A DNA stretch of 63,681 bases, filler included, from Nemertoderma westbladi (Eukaryota; Animalia; Xenacoelomorpha): NCBI GenBank assembly GCA_032718475.1. It is 3 parts of 3 records of this genome, joined end to end, with 100 filler letters (N's around TTAATTAATTAA, not from the genome) between each part and the next. Parts side by side here need not be neighbours in the genome. Positions count along the whole stretch, not along the records: positions 26,263 to 46,716 come from JAUCBJ010001116.1; positions 46,817 to 63,681 come from JAUCBJ010004267.1; 1 more part is not named here. One strand, given 5' to 3'. The notes under the pieces were generated by a model. It searched no databases. It was not told where the DNA came from and saw only the letters and a list, made by a program, of their open reading frames with translations. Of this stretch, positions 38,064-49,679 are shown piece after piece. The translations under genes and the position numbers were made by a program. Numbering within the stretch: the stretch's first letter is position 1; every line of letters begins with the position of its first letter.

Positions 38064-40971
38064 CGAGTATAATTATATATAGAGCCCTTTCTTAACGAGT
38101 ATAATTATATATAGAGCCCTTTCTTAACGAGTATAATTATATATAGAGCCCTTTCTTAACGAGTATAATTATATATAGAGCCCTTTCTTAACGAGTATAA
38201 TTAGAGCCCTTTCTTAACGTGTATAATTATATATAGAGCCCTTTCTTAACGAGTATAATTATATATAGAGTCCTTTCTTAACGTGTATAATTATATATAG
38301 AGCCCTTTCTTAACGTGTATAATTATATATAGAGCCCTTTCTTAACGAGTATAATTATATATAGAGCCCTTTCTTAACGAGTATAATTAAATATAGAGCT
38401 CTTTCTTAACGAGTATAATTATATATAGAGCCCTTTCTTAACGAGTATAATTATATATAGAGCCCTTTCTTAACGAGTATAATTATATATAGAGCCCTTT
38501 CTTAACGAGTATAATTATATATAGAGCCCTTTCTTAACGAATATAATTATATATAGAGCCCTTTCTTAACGAGTATAATTATATATAGAGCCCTTTCTTA
38601 ACGAGTATAATTATATATAGAGCCCTTTCTTAACGAGTATAATTATATATAGAGCCCTTTCTTAACGTGTATAATTATATATAGAGCCCTTTCTTAACGA
38701 GTATAATTATATATAGAGTCCTTTCTTAACGTGTATAATTATATATAGAGCCCTTTCTTAACGTGTATAATTATATATAGAGCCCGTTCTTAACGAGTAT
38801 AATTATATATAGAGCCCTTTCTTAACGAGTATAATTAAATATAGAGCCCTTTCTTAACGAGTATAATTATATATAGAGCCCTTTCTTAACGAGTATAATT
38901 ATATATAGAGCCCTTTCTTAACGAGTATAATTATATATAGAGCCCTTTCTTAACGAGTATAATTAAATATAGAGCTCTTTCTTAACGAGTATAATTATAT
39001 ATAGAGCCCTTTCTTAACGAGTATAATTATATATAGAGCCCTTTCTTAACGAGTATAATTATATATAGAGATCCCTTTCTTAACGAGTATAATTATATAT
39101 AGAGCCCTTTCTTAACTAGTATAATTATATATAGAGCCCTTTCTTAAACGAGTATAATTATATATAGAGCCCTTTCTTAACGAGTATAATTATATATAGA
39201 GCCCTTTCTTAACGAGTATAATTATATATAGAGCCCTTTCTTAACGAGTATAATTATATATATATAGAGCCCTTTCTTAACGTGTATAATTATATATAGA
39301 GCCCTTTCTTAACGAGTATAATTATATATAGAGCCCTTTATTAACGAGTATAATTATATATAGAGCCCTTTCTTAACGAGTATAATTATATATAGAGTCC
39401 TTTCTTAACGAGTATAATTATATATAGAGCCCTTTCTTAACGAGTATAATTATATATAGAGCCCTTTCTTAACGAGTATAATTATATATAGAGCCCTTTC
39501 TTAACGAGTATAATTATTTATAGAGCCCTTTCTTGACGAGTATAATTATATATAGAGCCCTTTCTTAACGAGTATAATTATATATAGAGCCCTTTCTTAA
39601 CGAGTATAATTATATATAGAGTCCTTTCTTAACGAGTATAATTATATATACAGTAGAGCCCTTTCTTAACGAGTATAATTATATATAGAGCCCTTTCTTA
39701 ACGAGTATAATTATATATAGAGCCCTTTCTTAACGAGTATAATTAAATATAGAGCTCTTTCTTAACGAGTATAATTATATATAGAGCCCTTTCTTAACGA
39801 GTATAATTATATATAGAGCCCTTTCTTAACGAGTATAATTATATATAGAGCCCTTTCTTAACGAGTATAATTAAATATAGAGCTCTTTCTTAACAAGTAT
39901 AATTATATATAGAGCCCTTTCTTAACGAGTATAATTATATATAGAGCCCTTTCTTAACGAGTATAATTATATATAGAGCCCTTTCTTAACTAGTATAATT
40001 ATATATAGAGCCCTTTCTTAACGAGTATAATTAAATATAGAGCCCTTTCTTAACGAGTATAATTATATATAGAGCCCTTTCTTAACTAGTATAATTATAT
40101 ATAGAGCCCTTTCTTAACGAGTATAATTATATATAGAGTCCTTTCTTAACGTGTATAATTATATATAGAGCCCTTTCTTGACGTGTATAATTATATATAG
40201 AGCCCGTTCTTAACGAGTATAATTATATATAGAGCCCTTTCTTAACGAGTATAATTAAATATAGAGCCCTTTCTTAACGAGTATAATTATATATAGAGCC
40301 CTTTCTTAACGAGTATAATTATATATAGAGCCCTTTCTTAACGAGTATAATTATATAGAGCCCTTTCTTAACGAGTATAATTAAATATAGAGCTCTTTCT
40401 TAACGAGTATAATTATATATAGAGCCCTTTCTTAACGAGTATAATTATATATAGAGCCCTTTCTTAACGAGTATAATTATATATAGAGATCCCTTTCTTA
40501 ACGAGTATAATTATATATAGAGCCCTTTCTTAACTAGTATAATTATATATAGAGCCCTTTCTTAAACGAGTATAATTATATATAGAGCCCTTTCTTAACG
40601 AGTATAATTATATATAGAGCCCTTTCTTAACGAGTATAATTATATATAGAGCCCTTTCTTAACGAGTATAATTATATATAGAGCCCTTTCTTAACGAGTA
40701 TAATTATATATAGAGCCCTTTCTTAACGAGTATAATTATATATAGAGTCCTTTCTTAACGTGTATAATTATATATAGAGCCCTTTCTTAACGAGTATAAT
40801 TAGAGCCCTTTCTTAACGTGTATAATTATATATAGAGCCCTTTCTTAACGAGTATAATTATATATAGAGCCCTTTCTTAACGAGTATAATTATATATAGA
40901 GCCCTTTCTTAACGAGTATAATTATATATAGAGCCCTTTCTTAATGATTATAATTATAGAGCCCTTTCTTA
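38064..40971. repeat. 32-bp minisatellite, ~90 copies, intronic
   Basis: Unit CGAGTATAATTATATATAGAGCCCTTTCTTAA. Confidence 0.97.
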
Positions 40972-41038
40972 CCGCCACCTATAGTGTATTTTCATTCGAA
41001 CCAGCTAAATACTTAATAAGTAAATTTTATGATTTCAG

Positions 41039-41356
41039 ATGGAAATAAAAATAGAGAATTACACAGGAGAAGTTGTCTCCATCTACCGGTCAGACCCTGA
41101 TCTGTTAGCGCTGTGGGTCTATGTGGATTCCAATATAACAGGAAACTTTGCGAGTTTCTATACCGACCGCGGTGGCGTGTACGTGGCTCGAACTTCCTTA
41201 AATACATCAGCAATCGTAACCGGTATCCTAGTGTCTGTTGCGATAGTAGCACTGGTTATTGGGACTGTTCTTTATTTCCGCTTTAGACCCCAGAAATGGA
41301 ATTCTTTGAAAACTTCAGTGAGACATTGTGGATTGTCCATGAAATCTGCGGTTTGA
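41039..41356 (+). CDS. Protein DD3-3-like, last coding exon with a transmembrane helix
   Basis: TTTCAG acceptor in phase 0; GGVYVAR, hydrophobic AIVTGILVSVAIVALVIGTVLYF, basic tail and TGA. Confidence 0.82.
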   Translation: MEIKIENYTGEVVSIYRSDPDLLALWVYVDSNITGNFASFYTDRGGVYVARTSLNTSAIVTGILVSVAIVALVIGTVLYFRFRPQKWNSLKTSVRHCGLSMKSAV

Positions 41357-41737
41357 ATACTGTATCAATTTAATTATTTTGTCAATCAAATTGATTTTAT
41401 TAAATTAATGCGTTTCATATGGCAGTTTGTTTATAAGCTTGTTTTTTTTATGAACATGAAGTAGCCTGAACTATTTATACTTCACATAAAATAATTAATA
41501 TTAACCAAAATATTTTACCAAAGTTTAATTGTTTTAGTTTAGTTTAACACATAATTATATAAATACTCGTTCTTAATCAGTTAAAATCAACCGGCTCAAT
41601 GTCATGCAACTCTGATTTTCAGCTGTTTGACATATCAGCAGTCGACATTATCATGCAAGGGTAAGGCTGAACACAATAAGAAGAAAATATTGATATGATA
41701 TTCTGAATGGGAAAATCTTTTAGACTCATTAAGCCAA

Positions 41738-44680
41738 GGAATGCCTGTTCACCACCATGGGCGATCTTCCACAGTAAACCCTTCCACTCTGTTTTCTAAA
41801 GGAATGCCTGTTCACCACCATGGGTGATCTTTCACAGTAAACCCTTCCACTCTGTTCCCTAAAGGAATGCCTATTCACCACCATGGCTGATCTTCCACAG
41901 TAAACCCTTCCACATGTTTCCTAAAGGAATGCCTGTTCACCACCATGGGTGATCTTCCACAGTAAACCCTTCCACTCGGTTTCCTAAAGGAATGCCTGTT
42001 CACCACCATGGGTGATCTTTCACAGTAAACCCTTCCACATGTTTTCTAATGGAATGCCTGTTCACCACGATGGGTGATCTTCAACAGTAAACCCTTCCAC
42101 TCTGTTCCCTAAAGGAATGCCTGTTCACCACCATGGTTGATCTCCCACAGTAAACCCTTCCACATGTATCCTAAAGGAATGCCTATTCACCACCATGGGT
42201 GATCTCCTACAGTAAACCCTACCACCCTGTTTTCTAAAGGAATGCCTGTTCACCACCATGGGTGATCTTTCACAGTAAACCCTTCCACTCTGTTCCCTAA
42301 AGGAATGCCTATTCACCACCATGGCTGATCTTCCACAGTAAACCCTTCCACATGTTTCCTAAAGGAATGCCTGTTCACCACCATGGGTGATCTTCCACAG
42401 TAAACCCTTCCACTCGGTTTCCTAAAGGAATGCCTGTTCACCACCATGGGTGATCTTTCACAGTAAACCCTTCCACATGTTTTCTAATGGAATGCCTGTT
42501 CACCACGATGGGTGATCTTCAACAGTAAACCCTTCCACTCTGTTCCCTAAAGGAATGCCTATTCACCACCATGGCTGATCTTCCACAGTAAACCCTTCCA
42601 CATGTTTTCTAATGGAATGCCTGTTCACCACGATGGGTGATCTTCAACAGTAAACCCTTCCACTCTGTTCCCTAAAGGAATGCCTGTTCACCACCATGGT
42701 TGATCTTCCACAGTAAACCCTTCCACTCTGTTTACCAAAGGAATGCATGTTCACCACCATGGATGATCTTCAACAGTAAACCCTTCCACATGTTTCCTAA
42801 ATGAATGCCTGTTCACCACCATGGGTGATCTTCCACAGTAAACCCTTCCACTCTGTTTACCAAAGGAATGCATGTTCACCACCATGGATGATCTTCAACA
42901 GTAAACCCTTCCACATGTTTCCTAAAGGAATGCCTGTTCACCACCATGGGTGATCTCCCTCAGTAAACCCTACCACCCTGTTTTCTAAAGGAATGCCTGT
43001 TCACCACCATGGGTGATCATCTTTCACAGTAAACCCTTCCACTCTGTTCCCTAAAGGAATGCCTATTCACCACCATGGCTGATCTTCCACAGTAAACCCT
43101 TCCACATGTTTCCTAAAGGAATGCCTGTTCACCACCATGGGTGATCTTCCACAGTATACCCTTCCACTCTGTTTCCTAAAGGAATGCCTGTTCACCACCA
43201 TGGGTGATCTTTTACAGTAAACCCTTCCACTCTGTTCCCTAAAGGAATGCCTATTCACCACCATGGCTGATCTTCCACAGTAAACCCTTCCACATGTTTT
43301 CTAAAGGAATGCCTGTTCACCACGATGGGTGATATTCAACAGTAAACCCTTCCACTCTGTTCCCTAAAGGAATGCCTGTTCACCACCATGGGTGATCTTC
43401 CACGTAAACCCTTTCACTATGTTTACCAAAGGAATACATGTTCACCACCATGGATGATCTTCAACAGTAAACACTTCCACATGTTTCCTAAAGGAATGCC
43501 TGTTCACCACCATGGGTGATCTTCCACAGTAAACCCTTCCACTCTGTTTACCAAAGGAATGCATGTTCACCACCATGGATGATCTTCAACAGTAAACCCT
43601 TCCACATGTTTCCTAAAGGAATGCCTGTTCACCACCATGGGTGATCTCCCTCAGTAAACCCTACCACCCTGTTTTCTAAAGGAATGCCTGTTCACCACCA
43701 TGGGTGATCATCCTTCACAGTAAACCCTTCCACTATGTTCCCTAAAGGAATGCCTATTCACCACCATGGCTGATCTTGCTCAGTAAACCCTTCCACATGT
43801 TTCCTAAAGGAATGCCTGTTCACCACCATGGGTGATCTTCCATAGTAAACCCTTCCACTCTGTTTCCTAAAGGAATGCCTGTTCACCATCATGGGTGATC
43901 TCAACAGTAAACCCTTCCGCTCTGTTCCCTAAAGGAATGCCTGTTCACCACCATGGGTGATCTTCCACAGTAAACCCTTCCACTCTGTTCCCTAAAGGAA
44001 TGCCTGTTCACCACCATGGGTGATCTTCCACAGTAAACCCTACCACTATGTTTGCCAAAGGAATGCATGTTCACCACCATGGCTGATCTTCAACAGTAAA
44101 CCTTTCCACTCTGTTACCTAAAGGAATGCATGTTCACCACTATGGGTGATCTTCCACAGTAAACCATCACTCTGTTTACCAAAGGAATGCATGTTCACCA
44201 CCATGGCTGATCTTCAACAGTAAACCCTTCCACTCTGTTTCCTAAAGGAATGCCTGTTCACCACCATGGGTGATCTTCCACAGTAAACCCTACCACTCTG
44301 TTTACCAAAGGAATGCATGTTCACCACCATGGCTGATCTTCAACAGTAAACCCTTCCACTCTGTTTCCTAAAGGAATGCCTCTGTTCACCACCATTGGTG
44401 ATATCCCACAGTAAACCCATCCGCTCTGTTTACTAAAGGCATGCCTGTTCACCACCATGGGTGATCTTCAACAGTAAACCCTTCCACTCTGTTTAGCAAA
44501 GGAATGCCTGTTCACCACCATGGGTGATCTTCCACAGTAAACCCTTCCACTATGTTTACCATTGGAATGCCTGTTCACCACCATGGGTGATCTTCCACAG
44601 TAAACCTTTCCACTATGTTTACCAAAGGAATGCCTGTTCACCACCATGTGTGATCTTCCACTGTAAACCCTTCCACTCTG
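41738..44680. repeat. 63/61-bp minisatellite, ~47 copies, between convergent genes
   Basis: Unit GGAATGCCTGTTCACCACCATGGGTGATCTTCCACAGTAAACCCTTCCACTCTGTTTCCTAAA. Confidence 0.96.
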
Positions 44681-45118
44681 TCACCTTCTACCCTGCTACT
44701 CCGTCTAGGGATCGTGCCAATGGTAACTAGACCAAGCTGCTGCTAATGATATTGTGTTGATTAAATGTAATTACAATTTGGCTAAAAGTCGTCAGTAGAC
44801 GACAGTAGTAATAATGCGAAACCTTATCTTACCCGGTGCGAGCGCCCCACTATATTTTTCGATACTGTACAGAATTGCAGTGGATATAATACAGTATAGC
44901 TAGCAAAAACCATGGCAACCTTCGAGGTCCGAATTGTGCGGGACCGGAATTTCCTACAACCCATGATCATTCGGACGACTCAACCAATTAAGAGTTTTTT
45001 CATATAAATGAATTATTTACATTTTAAGCATACAGTGACAGTATACAGTAAGACATACAGTTATTTTGTTTATAATGTTCCCGGGCCGATTCTATTCAAT
45101 CTAATTTATCGATTGTTT

Positions 45119-45970
45119 TTACCGTTTCCTGCTTGTATTCACTTTGGGCTTTGGTTGCCTTGGTAACGATACAGCAGAATCCTGTCCAACAAAATCGATA
45201 AAATTTCTTCTGTCTGGCAACGCCCCGATCTCCTTGGCAACGCTGTTACTCTGACACAGGGCGAACATCAATGCTGCCATGGTTACGTGCTGTAGATTAG
45301 CCAGTATTGCGCGCACTGAATCGATAGAAGGTAACGAGATAGCGGTCAATCTGGGCATCACTTTGGTCAATCGTTCCGCTAGCACTGCTGCTTCTACAGT
45401 TGTGGAAGGGGGTAGTGGAGACTGGTTTGATTTATACTTGTTGTCATGACTACCCGGAACAACAATAGATTCCCTTTGGCTGCCATGACTACGCAGTAAA
45501 CTCTCGTATATTTCTTGACATTTTATGAGGAATTCCATGTAATATAAGTTTATTTGAAACGAATAAAGGAAATCCATAAAAGCAACCTTTTCTTCTACTG
45601 GGAGGAGAACTTTAACAGAATCATGTACCAGGTCAAAGGGTAAGTCTGAGCACAAAAGGGAGAGTAGCGAATGTAGCTCGGGGGTGCTACACAGCGTCCC
45701 TTGCAATGCTATGTGTTTGTAGCATTGACTGACTGACCGTATAAATGATGCTCGGTTGTGGGGTGTCGCAGAAATAAACCCAAATTCCCTGTACAGCGTG
45801 TGGTTGCCTTTACTAACAGAGAGGAAATATTCGCTGAAGAACTGAGAAGGGTTGTCATGGTTACTTTGGGATTTATCTTCTAGAAATAGGTTTATCGCGT
45901 CTTCTATATAAACTCCGAGGTGGTGTTTAGCTATGTAAACTTCTGGTTTCATTATTTGCTGAATTTCCAT
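45119..45970 (-). CDS. CSTPP1: Centriolar satellite-associated tubulin polyglutamylase complex regulator 1 (C11orf49) homologue, single coding exon
   Basis: YIEDAINLFLE, FFSEYFLSV, HTLYREFGFISATPHNRASF, LLSLLCSDLP and FMDFLYSFQINLYYMEFL match human C11orf49 as I recall it. Confidence 0.88.
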   Translation of the reverse strand: MEIQQIMKPEVYIAKHHLGVYIEDAINLFLEDKSQSNHDNPSQFFSEYFLSVSKGNHTLYREFGFISATPHNRASFIRSVSQCYKHIALQGTLCSTPELHSLLSLLCSDLPFDLVHDSVKVLLPVEEKVAFMDFLYSFQINLYYMEFLIKCQEIYESLLRSHGSQRESIVVPGSHDNKYKSNQSPLPPSTTVEAAVLAERLTKVMPRLTAISLPSIDSVRAILANLQHVTMAALMFALCQSNSVAKEIGALPDRRNFIDFVGQDSAVSLPRQPKPKVNTSRKR

Positions 45971-46716
45971 TGGAAACGATTCCTAATTCGATTTCTGAAT
46001 CCAAATTTTTTAAATAAATTTATTCTTCAATTGAAGCTATATGGAATATAAATACTGTATATACGAATAACCTCACACAACATACATTTTGATACGAATT
46101 AATTGGTAATATTTTTATTGCAAACAAAACAACAAATGTGATGTAGAAATGATAAAAGTATTACTAATAATGGAAATTAAACTACTATCGTTGCCAACAA
46201 TCCAACTATAATAATAGACATAATGCTCCCAACAATAATAGGTTTTATGAATAAATTAGCTTTGGTGAAATAACACAGGACTGTTTGGCTTGTAGGCCTA
46301 CGGACTGGCGCATACCGCGTATAAGTTTGTGTAATCAGTTCTCCGGAAAGCAATTAATTGCCCCACTTAGTATTCGGTATTATATTCAAGTTTATGGGGT
46401 ACAGGGGGGGGGGGGGGGGGGATCCCATCTCGGCGAATTAAAATCTCGTCTCAATGTTAAAACATAAATTAATAGTAAGGAGCAGGTTGCAGTGGTACGT
46501 TATTCTAACCAAAACAATAAACGTCAATAATACAGGTTCCGATTGTATTTTTTGGAATAATCAGTGTGAGTTCTATCAATCAATGGGAGTTCTAATTATA
46601 CTGATTACTGTTTAACAATTTTAAAACAATAAAAGTCAATTTCCATGGATCACACATGTTCAGTGCAATATTAATTAAATAATAATTACAATAATTTAAT
46701 TTAAAATACAGTAACC

Positions 46717-46816
46717 NNNNNNNNNNNNNNNNNNNNNNNNNNNNNNNNNNNNNNNNNNNNTTAATTAATTAANNNNNNNNNNNNNNNNNNNNNNNNNNNN
46801 NNNNNNNNNNNNNNNN
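46717..46816. other. Assembly gap with artificial TTAATTAATTAA linker
   Basis: Same 100-nt linker structure as 26163-26262. Confidence 0.97.
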
Positions 46817-47577
46817 AACCAACCTAACATTGCGCTAAAGTTAGCATAATTAGCCAATCAACAAGGGTAACCAACCTAACATTGCGCTAAAGTTAGCACA
46901 ATTAGCCAATCAACAAGGGTAACCAACCTAACATTGCGCTAAAGTTAGCACAATTAGCCAATCAGCAAGAAGGGTAACCAACCTAACATTGCGCTAAAGT
47001 TAGCACAATTAGCCAATCAACAAGGGTAACCAACCTAACATTGCGCTAAAGTTAGCACAATTAGCCAATCAACAAGGGTAACCAACCTAACATTGCGCTA
47101 AAGTTAGCATAATTAGCCAATCAACAAGGGTAACCAACCTAACATTGCGCTAAAGTTAGCACAATTAGCCAATCAACAAGGGTAACCAACCTAACATTGC
47201 GCTAAAGTTAGCACAATTAGCCAATCAACAAGGGTAACCAACCTAACATTGCGCTAAAGTTAGCACAATTAGCCAATCAACAAGGGTAACCAACCTAACA
47301 TTGCGCTAAAGTTAGCACAATTAGCCAATCAACAAGGGTAACCAACCTAACATTGCGCTAAAGTTAGCACAATTAGCCAATCAACAAGGGCAACCAACCT
47401 AACATTGCGCTAAAGTTAGCATAATTAGCCAATCAACAAGGGTAACCAACCTAACATTGCGCTAAAGTTAGCACAATTAGCCAATCAACAAGGGTAACCA
47501 ACCTAACATTGCGCTAAAGTTAGCATAATTAGCCAATCAACAAGGGTAACCAACCTAACATTGCGCTAAAGTTAGCA
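46817..47577. repeat. 52-bp minisatellite built from the citrate synthase exon 5/intron junction, at least 14 copies
   Basis: Unit AACCAACCTAACATTGCGCTAAAGTTAGCACAATTAGCCAATCAACAAGGGT; the last unit overlaps the coding exon. Confidence 0.95.
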
Positions 47578-47748
47578 CTCCAGTCCTTGTTTAGATCGAG
47601 GGCACCAACCGATGTAGAATCTCGGTAGAGATTCCTGTATATAATGGCCGCTACACTGGGTAGCTTGGCTATAAGGTCCATACAGTCCTCGTAAACGTAC
47701 TCCCAGTAGCTGGATTTATGTACACCTTCGGAGTAAGCCTTGGCGAAC
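47555..47748 (-). CDS. CS: Citrate synthase, mitochondrial, coding exon 5
   Basis: [41 protein letters not shown]...[10 protein letters not shown]; AG/GT sites in phase. Confidence 0.95.
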
Positions 47749-47925
47749 CTAATGGAACACAATGTAAATATAGTAGGGTGTGATTAAAAATCAGATGACA
47801 TTAATTCACAGAAGTTTTGTAGTTTGACAAATTCCTGGAAATTAAAATTCCTAGACATTAATACAAAAAACCTTGAAACTAAAAAAACTACAACTGTTTT
47901 GAACTAAACTGAACCCGCCACTTAC

Positions 47926-48065
47926 CGACTCTCGCTGTTCATAGCCACTATAGCGGCACTGAACTGAGACATTGGGTGGAGATTGGAAGGGAAGCCGTTT
48001 AGCATTGTCACTACATGGGAAGGTAAGTGAGCCCGTTCGGCCCATTCTTTAGATAGTCCTTTCAC
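47926..48065 (-). CDS. CS: Citrate synthase, coding exon 4
   Basis: Manual translation [46 protein letters not shown]; CAG acceptor and GTAAGT donor. Confidence 0.95.
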
Positions 48066-48719
48066 CTGTAATCAAAATTAACTTATAATTAATATGATAT
48101 GACCAGACAGTAACTGGCCATGGATCCAAAAGCTAACTATAAAAAAAAGCAAGTAGCGCTGCGGCATTATATCCGTTTCGCTCCATAACCCGCCAATTTC
48201 AAATGCAAACCGAAAATGTATCTGTTTTTACAATAAAGTACCCGTATTTCTTCGAATAAGAGCCTGGGCGTTTAAGTATATAAATTGCCAATTGGGGAGG
48301 CATTTATTCGAGGGGTCGTTTAATCGGGGAGGCGTTTAAGTTACAAATTGTTGGTTCGAGGCGGGGGCGTTTATGTTTATGTTCTAGATTTTCAGCATTT
48401 TCAATCTAAATACCCTAATAAAGAATGTTGTTAAATTCAAGAAAACAAGTTAAACAAATGAAATAATTTAAATTAAGTCAGGATTATCTTTATTACACAT
48501 ACAACCTATTACCGCGGTACTGTCACATGTGTTTAAATTGTGTATCTATAATGGGTATCGCTCAGAAATCGTGGCTCGCCCCACATTGTAATAATATTAT
48601 TAAACGCCGGTTTGTTTTTAATAATATAATTAAATCTGGATGCAAATAACTGTTATTTACTTGACATTATTTTATTGTAAAAAATTAAAAGTTAAAAAGT
48701 AATTTCCTTCGGCCATTCC

Positions 48720-48975
48720 ATTACACAAGGGATTAAACACAAATTGTGACGACTTATTTCCAGTGCGGTCCCCCCAGAACTATACTCCCCAGAGGAGACT
48801 CCAGTACTCATTTAGCTACCACATAAGCATGCAAGGCAGAGAGAGATTGGCCTTGGCTAGTCCTTTTAAAGCATTCGTACCGAAACGAAAACTGCCACGG
48901 CCCTGCCCTATGCGAGGATCGAACCCTCGACCTCCGAGAGATGTGAATTTAATGCAACCACTACACCAAGGTGGA
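48720..48975 (-). mobile_element. tRNA-derived SINE-like element
   Basis: Minus strand has an A-box (TGGTGTAGTGG) and B-box (GGTTCGATCC) at tRNA-like spacing, followed by an unrelated body. Confidence 0.55.
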
Positions 48976-49679
48976 ACTTTTTGTAAATTTTTACCATATT
49001 TTACTACGTTTCTATAAGTGCCCTGACATATGACCCGAAAGACGCTATATGATATAAAATTTATTACTGGAATTTATTAACTTTGGTGGCCTTTATTCCA
49101 CAAATTTACATAGCTATTTATACTTCGGGATCCCGGTACCAAGAATTCGGGATTGGGATTGGAGACAGGGGGGGGGGGGGGGGGGGGGGGGGGGACTGGA
49201 CGCAAATCCCATCTTGGCGAATTAATATCCCGCCTCAATGTTAAATTCTCAATTTAGGGAAATGAGCAGGTTGCAGTGGCACGTTATTTTAACCAACCCC
49301 CCCCCCCCCCCCCCCCCTATCTGTTGGATTTAGACCCAATTCAACCACTAAGAATATAACACATAATGGCGTCTTTGAAACCTCATCTCAGTGGCAAGGA
49401 CATTTAAGCGAACGGGAACGGCTACGGATACGGATATTGGTTGAACGAATTAAGTCAAAGAAACTTATTAATGTTCTTTACTAATAGTTTCCAAAGCCAA
49501 AGGACAAGTAGTTCAATAGCTATTAGTTCTGGTGTGGTGGTATCCATATAGTAGTCCATTATGTAATAAAATTAAGTGCAAATTATATTTTTATAGGGGA
49601 CAATACATTTCAATTTCATTTCAAATGTATTCAATATTATAAGAATGCACCAAATCACGAACTATTCAGTTATTATGAA

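Noticed and set aside
32607-44680. CRISPR-like appearance of the regular repeats
   Set aside because: Units are head-to-tail with no unique spacers, there are no cas genes, and the context is eukaryotic.
45119-46716. CSTPP1 as a second gene nested in citrate synthase
   Set aside because: A gap separates it from CS exon 5 and no later CS exons were found to its left, so nesting cannot be shown.
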